From the NCBI GenBank assembly GCA_963742735.1, contig CAVUMN010000001.1:160001-224000 (forward strand): a stretch of DNA of 64,000 nucleotides, given 5' to 3'. Made by a program: the position numbers and the translations under genes. The notes under the pieces are model-generated. The model had not been told where the DNA came from and did no database searches. It saw only the letters and a program-made list of their open reading frames with translations. This document shows positions 20,018 through 29,141 of this stretch, one piece after another. Position 1 is the first letter of the stretch; each line of letters begins with the position of its first letter. This DNA comes from an uncultured Actinomycetes bacterium. Its GTDB lineage: Bacteria > Actinomycetota > UBA4738 > JBBDTT01.

Positions 20018-21733
20018 TCAATCCGCCGGCTTCACGTGGGGTGGGGTGGCGGGCGCCTCGGCCGCCGGAACGCGAAGACGGGCCAGCGCGAAGTGGGCCA
20101 CCTCGCGGAACAGCGGCGCGGATGCGACGCCGCCGTACACGGTGGTCGGCTCGTCGATGATCGCCGCGATGACCAGGCTCGGCCGCGAGGCCGGCAGGAA
20201 CCCGATGAACGACGCCACGTACTTGTCGCTGTAGCCGCGGGCGTCCGCGAGGGGCTTGCGGGCGGTCCCGGTCTTGCCGGCCACCCAGTATCCGTCGATG
20301 TTGGCCTCGGTCCCGGTCCCGACCTGGACGGCGTACGCCAGCATCTCGGTGACCCGGGCGGCCGTCTCGACGCTGACCACCCGGTGCCGCTGCGGCGGGT
20401 CGGCCGCGTGGAACGTTCCGGCCTGATCGATCCGTCCGCGCACCAGGCGCGGCTGGACCCATTCGCCGCCGTTGGCAATCGTGGCGTAGACGCAGGCCAT
20501 CTGCAGGGGCGTGACCGCGACCCCCTGGCCGATCGGGATGCTTCCCATGCCGGTCGACCACCACTCGTCCTGGTCGGGGACGATGCCGGGGGCCTCGCCG
20601 GGAAACTCGATGCCGGTCTTGCGTCCGTAGCCGAATCGCGCCAGGTACGAAGCCAAACGGGGCTGCCCGAGCTTGGCCGCCGTCTGGATGGTTCCCACGT
20701 TGCTCGAGAACGCGATGATGTCGGCGAGGGTCATCTGCTCAACCGGGTGCGGGTGGGAGTCGTGGAACGCGTGCCCGCCGAGGATGTGCGTATCCGGGAT
20801 CGGCCACGACTCGGTGAGCGGGAAGAGCCGCTCCTCCACCGCGGCGGAGGCGGTGATGACCTTGTTCACCGACCCGGGCTCGAACACGTCGGTGATCGCC
20901 TTCGCCCGCGTGGTCTCGGGACGGGTGCCGTCGTAGGTGTTCGGGTCGAACCACGGGTAGTCGGCCAGGGCGAGGATCTCCCCGGTGGAGGGCTCCATCA
21001 CCAGCACGGCCCCGCCCTTGGCTCCGTTGCGCTTCACGGCCTCGGCGAGCGCGCGCTGGGCGACGAACTGCAGCTCCTTGTCGATGGTGAGGACGAGGTC
21101 CTCGCCCGGGACCGGCGGCGTCGACGCCCGTCCGGCCTGCGGGATCCACCGGCCGTCGGGGTCCTGCTCGCGGATGACCTCGCCGGGCCGCCCGGCCAGG
21201 GCCGCCTGGTGCTGGAGCTCGACGCCGGCCAGGCCCTGCCCGTCGACCCCCACGAACCCCACGACCTGCGGGGCCATGATGCCGGCCGGGTAGTAACGGC
21301 GGCTCTCGTCCAGGAACCCGATCCCGCGCAGCTTCAGGGCTCGGATCCGCCCGGCCACGTCGTCGTCCAGCCCGCGGGCCAGGTACACGAACCGGCTGTC
21401 CTCGCGCAACCGGGCCTCGATGACCCCGGCCTTCAGCTTCAGCGGGCCGGCGAGGGCGCGGGCGGTGTGCGCGGGCTCCTGGATGAACGACGGGTCCGCG
21501 AACACGGCCGTGGCCGGCAGCGACATGGCGAGCTCCTCGCCGCCGCGGTCGAAGATGGCGCCCCGCGGAGCGGGAAGCTCGATCGAGCGAACGCGCTGGT
21601 CCCGCGCCAGTGCCTGGTACGCGCTCGCGTCCTTGACCTGGAGCACGACGAGCCGAACCGCGATCCCGGTGAGGCCCAGGCAGAGCACCGCGAGCAGCGC
21701 GACGAGCCGTCGCGCCGTACCCCGCGAGCTCAC
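20018..21733 (-). CDS. ftsI: Class B penicillin-binding protein (FtsI/PBP3)
   Basis: N-terminal TM, RGAIFDR, EPGSVNK (SxxK), SSN (SxN), KTGTA (KTG). Confidence 0.95.
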   Translation of the reverse strand: MSSRGTARRLVALLAVLCLGLTGIAVRLVVLQVKDASAYQALARDQRVRSIELPAPRGAIFDRGGEELAMSLPATAVFADPSFIQEPAHTARALAGPLKLKAGVIEARLREDSRFVYLARGLDDDVAGRIRALKLRGIGFLDESRRYYPAGIMAPQVVGFVGVDGQGLAGVELQHQAALAGRPGEVIREQDPDGRWIPQAGRASTPPVPGEDLVLTIDKELQFVAQRALAEAVKRNGAKGGAVLVMEPSTGEILALADYPWFDPNTYDGTRPETTRAKAITDVFEPGSVNKVITASAAVEERLFPLTESWPIPDTHILGGHAFHDSHPHPVEQMTLADIIAFSSNVGTIQTAAKLGQPRLASYLARFGYGRKTGIEFPGEAPGIVPDQDEWWSTGMGSIPIGQGVAVTPLQMACVYATIANGGEWVQPRLVRGRIDQAGTFHAADPPQRHRVVSVETAARVTEMLAYAVQVGTGTEANIDGYWVAGKTGTARKPLADARGYSDKYVASFIGFLPASRPSLVIAAIIDEPTTVYGGVASAPLFREVAHFALARLRVPAAEAPATPPHVKPAD

Positions 21734-22224
21734 GGCCCGTCCCCGAGCGCGCCCTGCTCGTCCGGCGCGCTCGGCGCCGGCGCCTTCCCCGCGCCGCTCC
21801 CCGGACCACTCACCCCCTCGACGAGGGAGACCTTGACCAGGTGGATCTCATCCGGAAGCACGAGGCCCTGTTCGCGCGCCGCGTCGTGCAGACGCTTCGG
21901 CGAGCGAAGCTCCGCCACGGTGAGCTTCAGCTGCCCCCGCGCTCGCTCGAGTGCGTCGATCCGCGCGTTCAGCTCCTCGGTGCGAAACGAGCTCTCGGCT
22001 ACCAGGGCCTGCGCGCTGACCAGGGCGACGACCAACGCGCCGACGATGAGCCCGGAGAACAACAGGAACGGTGTCCGTCGACGGGCTCGGGCGTTCGCGC
22101 GGCGCGCCCCGGTCCGGGGGGAGGGGGCCGGGACGGCGCGCGGACGTGGTCTGGGCCGGTCGAGGGGCTCGCGCAGCGGCGCCGGCCCCATCGGAACGTG
22201 CAGCATCTTCGGGGCGGTGCTCAC
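21730..22224 (-). CDS. ftsL: Cell division protein FtsL-like
   Basis: Single TM plus coiled coil ending SPKRLHDAAREQGL; lies between rsmH and ftsI. Confidence 0.8.
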   Translation of the reverse strand: MSTAPKMLHVPMGPAPLREPLDRPRPRPRAVPAPSPRTGARRANARARRRTPFLLFSGLIVGALVVALVSAQALVAESSFRTEELNARIDALERARGQLKLTVAELRSPKRLHDAAREQGLVLPDEIHLVKVSLVEGVSGPGSGAGKAPAPSAPDEQGALGDGP

Positions 22225-23120
22225 GCGGCGTTCCCTCCCCCGCCGGGCGGGTACAGGCCCTCGTCGAGCAGCTTCTCGGCGGCGCGCAGCCGCGCGCTGC
22301 GGGCCCGGGGGTTCACCGCCACCTCCTCCTCGGAGGGACGCAGGGGCTTGCGGGTGAGCACCTTCAGGTCCGGCCGCTCGGCCACGAACCGCTTCACGAT
22401 CCGGTCCTCCAGCGAGTGGTAGGAGATCGCCACCACGCGGCCGTGCGGAGCGAGGAGGCTCGCCACCTGGGGAAGGGAGGTGGCGAGCTCCTCGAGCTCC
22501 GCGTTCACGGCGATCCGCAGCGCCTGGAAGGTGCGCCTGGCGGGGTGCGCCCCCTTGCGCTGCTTCGGGACCGCCGCAGCCACGATCGCGGCGAGCTCGC
22601 TGGTCGTCGCGATCGGGCGCCTGCGGACGATGGCCCGGGCGATGCGCCCGGAGAACCGCTCCTCCCCGTACTCGCGGAGGATGCGGACCAGATCCTGCTC
22701 GGAGGCGGTGTTCACGAGCTCGGCGGCGGACGGCCCGTCCTCGTCCATCCGCATGTCGAGCGGCCCCTCCGTCCGGTAGGCGAAGCCGCGGGCGGGGTCG
22801 TCGAGGTGCCGAGAGGACACCCCGAGGTCGTAGAGGGCTCCGTCGACCTGGTCCACGCCGGCCTCGGCCGCCGCCTCCAGGACCTGGGAGAAGCGGGCCT
22901 GCTGCGCGCGGAACCGCTCGCCGAAGGGAGCCAGGCGGACCGTGGCCTCCCCGACGGCCTCCGGGTCGCGGTCGATCCCGATCACCAGACCGGCCCCCGC
23001 CCGGAGGAGCGCCTCCGCGTGGCCTCCGGCGCCGAGCGTGCAGTCGACGATGGTCTCGCGGCCGTGCAGAAGCTCCACGACCGCATCCAGGAGGACCGGA
23101 CGGTGACTCGGCGCACCCAC
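22221..23120 (-). CDS. rsmH: 16S rRNA m4C1402 methyltransferase
   Basis: HRPVLL, DCTLGAGGH, DLGVSS, PLDMRM, FQALRIAVN, SYHSLEDRIVK, NPRARSARLR. Confidence 0.97.
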   Translation of the reverse strand: MGAPSHRPVLLDAVVELLHGRETIVDCTLGAGGHAEALLRAGAGLVIGIDRDPEAVGEATVRLAPFGERFRAQQARFSQVLEAAAEAGVDQVDGALYDLGVSSRHLDDPARGFAYRTEGPLDMRMDEDGPSAAELVNTASEQDLVRILREYGEERFSGRIARAIVRRRPIATTSELAAIVAAAVPKQRKGAHPARRTFQALRIAVNAELEELATSLPQVASLLAPHGRVVAISYHSLEDRIVKRFVAERPDLKVLTRKPLRPSEEEVAVNPRARSARLRAAEKLLDEGLYPPGGGGNAA

Positions 23121-23139
23121 GGCCTCGGGACGCTCCGCC

Positions 23140-23256
23140 TCACGCCAGCGCCCACGCGACGAACAGGCCCAGGCCGAGATAGGCGCCGATCATGCCGCCG
23201 AGCAGGAACATCAGGTAGAAGGACTGTCCAACCTCACGCACGAGTGGTCCTTTCAT
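23140..23256 (-). CDS. 38-aa single-pass membrane peptide of unknown function
   Basis: MKGPLVREVGQSFYLMFLLGGMIGAYLGLGLFVAWALA. GAGGAG RBS 8 nt upstream, GC3-rich codons, and it fills the mraZ-rsmH gap. Confidence 0.65.
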   Translation of the reverse strand: MKGPLVREVGQSFYLMFLLGGMIGAYLGLGLFVAWALA

Positions 23257-23270
23257 CGGGGCGTCTCCTC

Positions 23271-23702
23271 TCAGGCAGGCGGCGGGGCGAGCGTGCCGCT
23301 GATGTACTGGGCTTCGTAGGCGGCCAGGTAGCGTTCCCAGGCGTCCGGGGACCAGATGTCCAGGCGGGCGCCGGCGCCGGTCACCACGACCTCGCGCGCC
23401 AGACCCGCCTTCTGGCGAAGCTTCTGGGGGATGACGAGCCGGCCCTGACCGTCCAACTCGATCCGGTCCGCGTAGGCCATGAACACCCGCGCGTAGGCGC
23501 GAGCCTGCGGATCGGTCAGACCTCGGAGCTCGACCTCCTCGCGGCGGCGGTCCCACTCCTCCTTGGGGAACCCGAACAGGCACCCCTCCTGGCCCAGGGT
23601 GAGGTAGAGGCCCTCATCGAACGCGTCCCGGAACTTCGCGGGCAGCGAGATGCGCCCCTTGGGGTCCAGCTGATACCGGTGCTCGCCCAGAAGCTCGGGC
23701 AC
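23271..23702 (-). CDS. mraZ: dcw cluster repressor MraZ (143 aa)
   Basis: LLGEHRYQLDPKGRISLPAKFR ... LDGQGRLVIPQKLR (two DxKGR/DxQGR motifs); start GTG 23702. Confidence 0.95.
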   Translation of the reverse strand: MPELLGEHRYQLDPKGRISLPAKFRDAFDEGLYLTLGQEGCLFGFPKEEWDRRREEVELRGLTDPQARAYARVFMAYADRIELDGQGRLVIPQKLRQKAGLAREVVVTGAGARLDIWSPDAWERYLAAYEAQYISGTLAPPPA

Positions 23703-23710
23703 CCGGACTC

Positions 23711-23764
23711 CCCCTCTCCTCCACTTAGGGCCACCTTTATGCCACCCACACTCCACCCCGTCAA
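23711..23764 (-). promoter_or_regulatory. mraZ promoter with GTGG repeats (MraZ boxes)
   Basis: TTGACG -35 followed by GTGG units at roughly 10-nt spacing (plus-strand CCAC at 23721, 23731, 23742, 23746, 23753). Confidence 0.8.
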
Positions 23765-23831
23765 CGACTTGAGACAAATTCCGTGCATGTAAGTTAACTG
23801 GTGTGACTGCTGTGACGGAGCCCGGGAGGGA

Positions 23832-24323
23832 CTAGGCCGAGGTGCGGAGGTAGGCCTCCCACTCGGGCTCGAGGCGCCCGAGAGACAGGATCAGGCCGTC
23901 GCGGGGCGCCCGGGGCTGGGTGCGCAGGCGCAGCCCCACCTCGTGGGCCATGCGGTTCTCCTTGCGCTGGTTGCACCGCCGGCAGGACGCGACGACGTTC
24001 TCCCACGCGTGCTCTCCGCCCTTGGACTTGGGGACCACGTGGTCGACGTTCTCCGCCGCCTTTCCGCAGTACTGGCACGCCCAGTCGTCGCGGGCGAACA
24101 CGGCCCGGCGGGTGAGCGCGGTCCGCGCGCGCGGCGGGACGCGGACGAAGGAGCGGAGCTTGAGCACCGAGGGAGCCGGGATCTCGATGCGCTCGGAGTG
24201 GAAGACGATCCCGTTCGACTCGAGGACGACCGCCTTCTCCTTGAGGATGAGGACGACGGCGCGCCGCGCGGGCACGACCCCGAGGGGCTCGTACGTCGCG
24301 TTCAACACCAGCGATCTACCCAT
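23832..24323 (-). CDS. HNH endonuclease (McrA-like, conserved actinobacterial family)
   Basis: LVLNATYEPL, VFARDDWACQYCG, VDHVVPKSKGGEHAWENVVASCRRCNQRK; TACAAT -10 upstream of ATG 24323. Confidence 0.9.
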   Translation of the reverse strand: MGRSLVLNATYEPLGVVPARRAVVLILKEKAVVLESNGIVFHSERIEIPAPSVLKLRSFVRVPPRARTALTRRAVFARDDWACQYCGKAAENVDHVVPKSKGGEHAWENVVASCRRCNQRKENRMAHEVGLRLRTQPRAPRDGLILSLGRLEPEWEAYLRTSA

Positions 24324-24339
24324 CTGCCTGAGCGGATTG

Positions 24340-24508
24340 TAACGGAGGACTCCCAGAGAACCGCGCGAACGGCACGACATCAGGGAAGCTGTGGGGAGAA
24401 CGGCGCAGTCGCCTCACCCTTCATACCTCGAGACGCCCCGCGCGGCCCCTGGTCCTAACGGGCGTCCTTCATTCTTCAGGTGACGACACTTTGATGGCGC
24501 CGTCCCCC
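24340..24508 (-). ncRNA. Candidate structured RNA / long leader upstream of the HNH gene
   Basis: Two clear hairpins (24482-24504 with G-U pairs; 24431-24467) downstream of a 19-bp-spacer promoter. No family recognised. Confidence 0.3.
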
Positions 24509-24513
24509 CCACC

Positions 24514-24544
24514 GAATTACAGACGTGTTACTCCTCCGGTTCAA
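24514..24544 (-). promoter_or_regulatory. MerR-type promoter (TTGAAC-19 bp-TAATTC) carrying an McdR-like palindrome
   Basis: AATTACAGACGTGTTACT at 24515-24532 matches AATnACAnnnnTGTnATT with one mismatch, inside a long-spacer promoter. Confidence 0.55.
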
Positions 24545-24666
24545 GCACATCCGTGGAACCCTTGAGCGGAACAATCCGTCCAATCCGCGACCCGATAATC
24601 CGCGTACTCCGGCAGTAGACTCGGTTCGTTCGAGGAACCGGTCCCGGTGCGTCCGCAGGAGGCAGA

Positions 24667-25641
24667 GTGGCCACGCGCAAGAAGGCGATGGACTGGTCGG
24701 AGCTGGCCAGCCGGTTCCGCGGGATCCACACCAACGTCGAGCACGTCGTCCAGGGCAAGTCCCGGGAGGTGTGGCTGGCGCTGGTGGCCCTCCTGGCCGA
24801 AGGACACCTGCTCATCGAGGACGTCCCCGGCGTGGGCAAGACCATGCTGGCCAAGGCCATGGCCCGCTCGATCGACTGCTCGTTCCGGCGTATCCAGTTC
24901 ACGCCTGACCTCCTGCCGACCGACGTGACCGGCGTGAACGTCTTCAACCAGGAGCGCGGGGACTTCGAGTTCAAGCCCGGCGCCGTGTTCGCGAACATCG
25001 TCCTCGGCGACGAGATCAACCGCGCCAGCCCAAAGACGCAGTCGGCGCTGCTCGAGTCCATGGAGGAGCGGCAGGTCACGGTGGACGCGGTCACCTACCA
25101 GCTGGGGGCGCCGTTCATGGTCATCGCCACCCAGAACCCCATCGAGCACGAGGGCACCTATCCCCTGCCCGAGGCCCAGCTGGATCGGTTCCTGATGCGG
25201 CTGTCCATCGGCTACCCCGGCCCCGAGGCCGAGGCCGGCATCCTGGCCACGCACGGCATCTCCTCGAGCCTGGAGGACATCGGGCCCGTCACCGACGCGC
25301 TGGGGATCGCGGAGATGGTCGAGGCCACCCGTCAGGTCCACGTGGCCGACGCCCTCCAGCGCTATATCGTGGAGATCGCGTCGGCCACCCGGACCCACCC
25401 GGACATCTACCTCGGCGCGAGCCCGCGAGCCTCGATCATGATGCTTCGGGCGGCTCGCGCCATGGCGGCGAGCAACGGCCGCGACTACGTCATCCCCGAC
25501 GACGTGAAGACGCTGGCCGTGCCCGTGCTGGCCCACCGCGTGATCGCCGCGGCCGACGCGGCGATGGCCGGACGCAGCACCGAGGCCATCCTCACCGAGC
25601 TCCTCCAGGAAGTCCGCGTTCCGGTCAAAGACGAGGCCTGA
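24667..25641 (+). CDS. MoxR family AAA+ ATPase
   Basis: HLLIEDVPGVGKT, RIQFTPDLLP, DEINRASPKTQSALLE, ATQNPIE, PLPEAQLDRF. Confidence 0.95.
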   Translation: MATRKKAMDWSELASRFRGIHTNVEHVVQGKSREVWLALVALLAEGHLLIEDVPGVGKTMLAKAMARSIDCSFRRIQFTPDLLPTDVTGVNVFNQERGDFEFKPGAVFANIVLGDEINRASPKTQSALLESMEERQVTVDAVTYQLGAPFMVIATQNPIEHEGTYPLPEAQLDRFLMRLSIGYPGPEAEAGILATHGISSSLEDIGPVTDALGIAEMVEATRQVHVADALQRYIVEIASATRTHPDIYLGASPRASIMMLRAARAMAASNGRDYVIPDDVKTLAVPVLAHRVIAAADAAMAGRSTEAILTELLQEVRVPVKDEA

Positions 25642-25643
25642 GG

Positions 25644-26882
25644 TTGCTCACCCCCCGGGGCTGGGCGGTCCTCGCGGGCGGGGTCGTCCTCTACGTGGCC
25701 AGCCGGATCATCGGCTCGCCGAACCTGCACATCGCCGCGGTCGGCATCGCCGCGCTTCCCCTGTTCGCGGGGCTGGTCCTGCGGTTCACGCGGGCTCCCC
25801 TGGCCATCCGCCGCACCCCGGCCGCCGATCACGCCTACCCTGGCAGCCGGATCCGGGTTGACGTCCGGGTCCTGAACCTGGCGCGGCGGACCTCGCCGCT
25901 GATCCTGCTCGAGGACCAGGTCCCGTCCACCTTCGGCCGCTCGGCCCGCGCGGTCCTGCCGGGGATCCCCGGCGAGCAGGAGCAGACCGTGGCCTACCTC
26001 ATCACCTGCCGGCGGCGGGGCCGCTACCAGCTCGGGCCGGCCCGGCTGCAGTTCACCGACCCGTTCGGCCTGACGAAGATCCTCACCACCATCCCCGACA
26101 CCGACGAGCTCATCGTCTACCCCGAGGTCGAGGACCTCTCCGCCCAGCCGGTGGCGGCGTTCGGGGCCGGGAGCGGTGAGTCCCCGTACAACCGCATCTT
26201 CCGGGGCGGTCAGGAGTTCTACGGGATGCGCGAGTACATGACCGGCGACGACCTTCGCCGGATCCACTGGCCCTCGACCGCGCGGACCGGCCATCTCATG
26301 ATCCGCCAGGAGGAGGTCGCCCGCCGCTCCGTCGTGACGATCCTGCTCGACTCCCGGCTCGCCGCCCTCGGGAAGGAGGGCTCCCCCGCGTTCGAGCGCG
26401 CCGTTTCCGCCGCGGCCTCGGTCGGTTCGCTCCTGGCCGGCCGCGGGTTCACCGTCCGTCTGGCCACCTCCGAGGCGCCGCCGACGACCTTCACCGAGGA
26501 GGGCTTCATGGAGCAGCTCGCCTCGATCAAGGCCGGGCGAAGCCAGTCCCTGGGCCCCGCGCTCCTGCAGCTCAAGGGGAAGGCGGTGGCCGACTCGACC
26601 CTGGTGGTCGTCACGGCGCCGCCCAACGGGGCCGAGGCCACCGCCCTGATCCGAGCGGCGGCGGGCTACGGCCCGAAGATGGCGGTGCTGGTGTACCCGA
26701 CGGATCCCCGGTCCCTCCCCGCCCGCGAGGCGGGCGAGCTCGAGGGCCGGGCGTCCGCGGCGCATTCGTCCCTGGCCCGGGTGGGCTGGGACGTCTTCCT
26801 GATCGCTCCCGAACAGAAACTAGCGGAGGTATGGCGCAGCCGGACGATGCCACTCAGACGCGCGGCCGGGTCCCGCTCCTAG
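25644..26882 (+). CDS. DUF58 (vWA-like) protein
   Basis: RRGRYQLGP, DPFGL, REYMTGDDLRRIHWPSTAR, FERAVSAAAS. Confidence 0.9.
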   Translation: MLTPRGWAVLAGGVVLYVASRIIGSPNLHIAAVGIAALPLFAGLVLRFTRAPLAIRRTPAADHAYPGSRIRVDVRVLNLARRTSPLILLEDQVPSTFGRSARAVLPGIPGEQEQTVAYLITCRRRGRYQLGPARLQFTDPFGLTKILTTIPDTDELIVYPEVEDLSAQPVAAFGAGSGESPYNRIFRGGQEFYGMREYMTGDDLRRIHWPSTARTGHLMIRQEEVARRSVVTILLDSRLAALGKEGSPAFERAVSAAASVGSLLAGRGFTVRLATSEAPPTTFTEEGFMEQLASIKAGRSQSLGPALLQLKGKAVADSTLVVVTAPPNGAEATALIRAAAGYGPKMAVLVYPTDPRSLPAREAGELEGRASAAHSSLARVGWDVFLIAPEQKLAEVWRSRTMPLRRAAGSRS

Positions 26883-29128
26883 TCGGGCTCCTCGCGTTCG
26901 CGGCGGCCACCGCGATCGCGTTCGGGCGCGTCTACCGGGGGCCCGGCTCGACGCTGCGCCTCGTCCTCGCCGCGGTCGCGGCGGTCCTGCTGGCCGTCCT
27001 CCTCGAGCGCTGGCACGTCCTGCTGGCGACGCTGGCCTCGGCGGCCGGGCTCGTCCTGGCCCTGGCGTGGCTGGTGTTCCCGCACACCCTCGCGTTCGGC
27101 CTCCCCACCGGGGCGACCCTGGAGGGGATCGGCCGGGCGTTCGCCGAGGTCGGCACCGCCGCCGCACAGCACGTCGCCCCCGTCGATGCTCTTCCCTCGC
27201 TGCTGCTCGCGGGAGTGGTCGCGGTCTGGACCGCCGCCTTCGCCGCTCACGCCCTGGTGGCGCGGGCCGGCAGTGGCGTCCTCGCCCTCCTGCCCGCCGG
27301 GGCGCTCGTCGGATTCGCGGACGTGGTGCTGGAGGACGGCGTCCGGCCCGCGTACATGGTCCTGTTCCTGCTCGCCGCGTTCGCGATGCTCTCGACGCTG
27401 GGCCTGCGCGCGGCCGTGCGCTGGGGCCGCCTGGTCCCCTGGAGCGGCGCCCGTCGTTGGTCGCTGTTCAGCGTGAACGCGCTGCGCGCGGCGCGCCGGG
27501 CGGCGATCCCGGCCGCGCTCTCGGCCGTCCTGCTCCCGTGGCTCATCCCCGGGCTGCACGCGCCCGGGTGGTACGACATCGGCGGGTCCGGCTCGCAGAT
27601 CACGATCGATCCGATCGTCGACCTGCGCCCGTCGCTTCGACTGGATCCGCCGCGCGAGCTGTTCACGGTGAGCAGCCCGAAGCCCACGTACTGGAGGATG
27701 CTCGCGCTGGACGAGTTCGACGGGCGCCGCTGGTCCACGCCGGACCTCCGGGTGGTGAACGGGGCGGCCGTGGACGGCGGGACCACGCTCCCCACCAACG
27801 CCGATCAGGGCGTGCCGTATCGCACCCTGGAGGTGACCGTGAACATCGACCGGCTCGCCTCTCCCTGGCTCCCGCTGCCGTTCGAGCCGGTGTACGTGGA
27901 CGTCCCCGTCGACGGGGTTCGGTGGGACGCGGACCTGTCCACCCTCGCCGTCCCCGAGTTCACCGAGCGAGACCTCGAGTATCGGGCCACCGGCTTCATC
28001 GCGAACCCGCAGCCCTCCCAGCTCGACGTCGAGTTCGCCGGCGACGACCCGCTGTACCTGGAAGGCAGCCGGTTCACGCGACTCCCCGCCGACACGCCCC
28101 CGCAGCTCCTGGAGATCGCCCAGCAGATCACCGAGGATGCCCCCACCCCGTATCGCAAGACCCTCGCGATCCAGGACCACCTGTACTCCTTCAAGTACGA
28201 CGAGCGGGCCCGTCCGGGGCACGAGAGCGACTACCTGATCCAGTTCCTCACGGAGACCAAGGCCGGCTACTGCGAGCAGTTCGCCGGCGCCATGGCGGTC
28301 CTGCTGCGGGCCCTGAACATCCCCGCGCGCGTGGTGGTGGGGTTCAACGAGGGCACCTTCCGGCCCCAGGACAAGCGCTGGCACGTCACCACCCGCAACG
28401 CCCACTCCTGGGTGGAGGTCCACTTCGGCGAGTTCGGGTGGCTGCCCTTCGAGCCGACGCCCGGCGAATCGAACCCGACCGCCACGGGGTTCACCTTCCC
28501 CATCCTGCCGTCGGACGGCAGCGGGAACCCGACCGACCCGCGCGTGGACAACACCACGCCCCAGCCCCGAGGAAACCAGGCCGACCAGGGCGGTATCGGA
28601 CCGGGTGAGACGCCCGAGCCGATCGTCGCGCCGTCGTTGATCGCGCTCGTGGCCGGCCTGGTCGCCGGGGGGGTCGTCCTGCTCGTGGCCGCCGTGCCGG
28701 CCGCGAAGGCGATATCCCGGCGGCGCGTCCTGGGCCGCGCCCGGGAGCCGCGGGCGCGCGTCCTGGCCATCCACGAGGTCCTGTCGCGGCGGCTGGCGGA
28801 CCTCGGCCTCGCCCGGGGACCCTCGGAGACGCTCTGGGAGTTCCGGGACCGGCTCCGTGACCGGGTGGAGCTGCCCGAGGGCTCCCTCGAACGGCTCACC
28901 CGGCTGGTGGGCCGGGCCGCCTACGCGGGCGCACCGGTGCCTCCGGAACAGGTCGAGGAGGTCAGCGGACTGGCGGAGGCCCTGGCACGGGGCGCCCGCC
29001 GGGGGGCGGAGCGACGCCAGCGGCTCCTGGCACCGTGGCGGATGCGGGGGCTGGGACGAGTCCCGGCTTCGGCCGTCCGGAGGCGCTTCTCCACTCCCGC
29101 GGGGGCCTGGTCCGCCGCCCGCCTGTAG
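26831..29128 (+). CDS. Membrane transglutaminase-like protein (TgpA family, DUF3488/DUF4129)
   Basis: Multi-TM N-terminus, YWRMLALDEFDG, GYCEQFAGAMAVLLRALNIPARVVVGF, HSWVEV, WLPFEPTP. Confidence 0.92.
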   Translation: MAQPDDATQTRGRVPLLVGLLAFAAATAIAFGRVYRGPGSTLRLVLAAVAAVLLAVLLERWHVLLATLASAAGLVLALAWLVFPHTLAFGLPTGATLEGIGRAFAEVGTAAAQHVAPVDALPSLLLAGVVAVWTAAFAAHALVARAGSGVLALLPAGALVGFADVVLEDGVRPAYMVLFLLAAFAMLSTLGLRAAVRWGRLVPWSGARRWSLFSVNALRAARRAAIPAALSAVLLPWLIPGLHAPGWYDIGGSGSQITIDPIVDLRPSLRLDPPRELFTVSSPKPTYWRMLALDEFDGRRWSTPDLRVVNGAAVDGGTTLPTNADQGVPYRTLEVTVNIDRLASPWLPLPFEPVYVDVPVDGVRWDADLSTLAVPEFTERDLEYRATGFIANPQPSQLDVEFAGDDPLYLEGSRFTRLPADTPPQLLEIAQQITEDAPTPYRKTLAIQDHLYSFKYDERARPGHESDYLIQFLTETKAGYCEQFAGAMAVLLRALNIPARVVVGFNEGTFRPQDKRWHVTTRNAHSWVEVHFGEFGWLPFEPTPGESNPTATGFTFPILPSDGSGNPTDPRVDNTTPQPRGNQADQGGIGPGETPEPIVAPSLIALVAGLVAGGVVLLVAAVPAAKAISRRRVLGRAREPRARVLAIHEVLSRRLADLGLARGPSETLWEFRDRLRDRVELPEGSLERLTRLVGRAAYAGAPVPPEQVEEVSGLAEALARGARRGAERRQRLLAPWRMRGLGRVPASAVRRRFSTPAGAWSAARL

Positions 29129-29141
29129 CCGGACTCGCCCC

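Noticed and set aside
24473-24480. CUGAAGA in the candidate RNA as a hammerhead ribozyme core
   Set aside because: No correctly placed GAAA and stem arrangement was found.
23832-24508. HNH gene plus upstream structured RNA as an IscB/HEARO or Cas9-like RNA-guided system
   Set aside because: The protein is only 163 aa, lacks RuvC/PLMP/bridge helix, and matches a common stand-alone actinobacterial HNH family. No array or transposon ends are present.
24667-29128. MoxR-DUF58-transglutaminase triad as a novel system
   Set aside because: A widespread, previously noted module commonly located upstream of mraZ in Actinobacteria.
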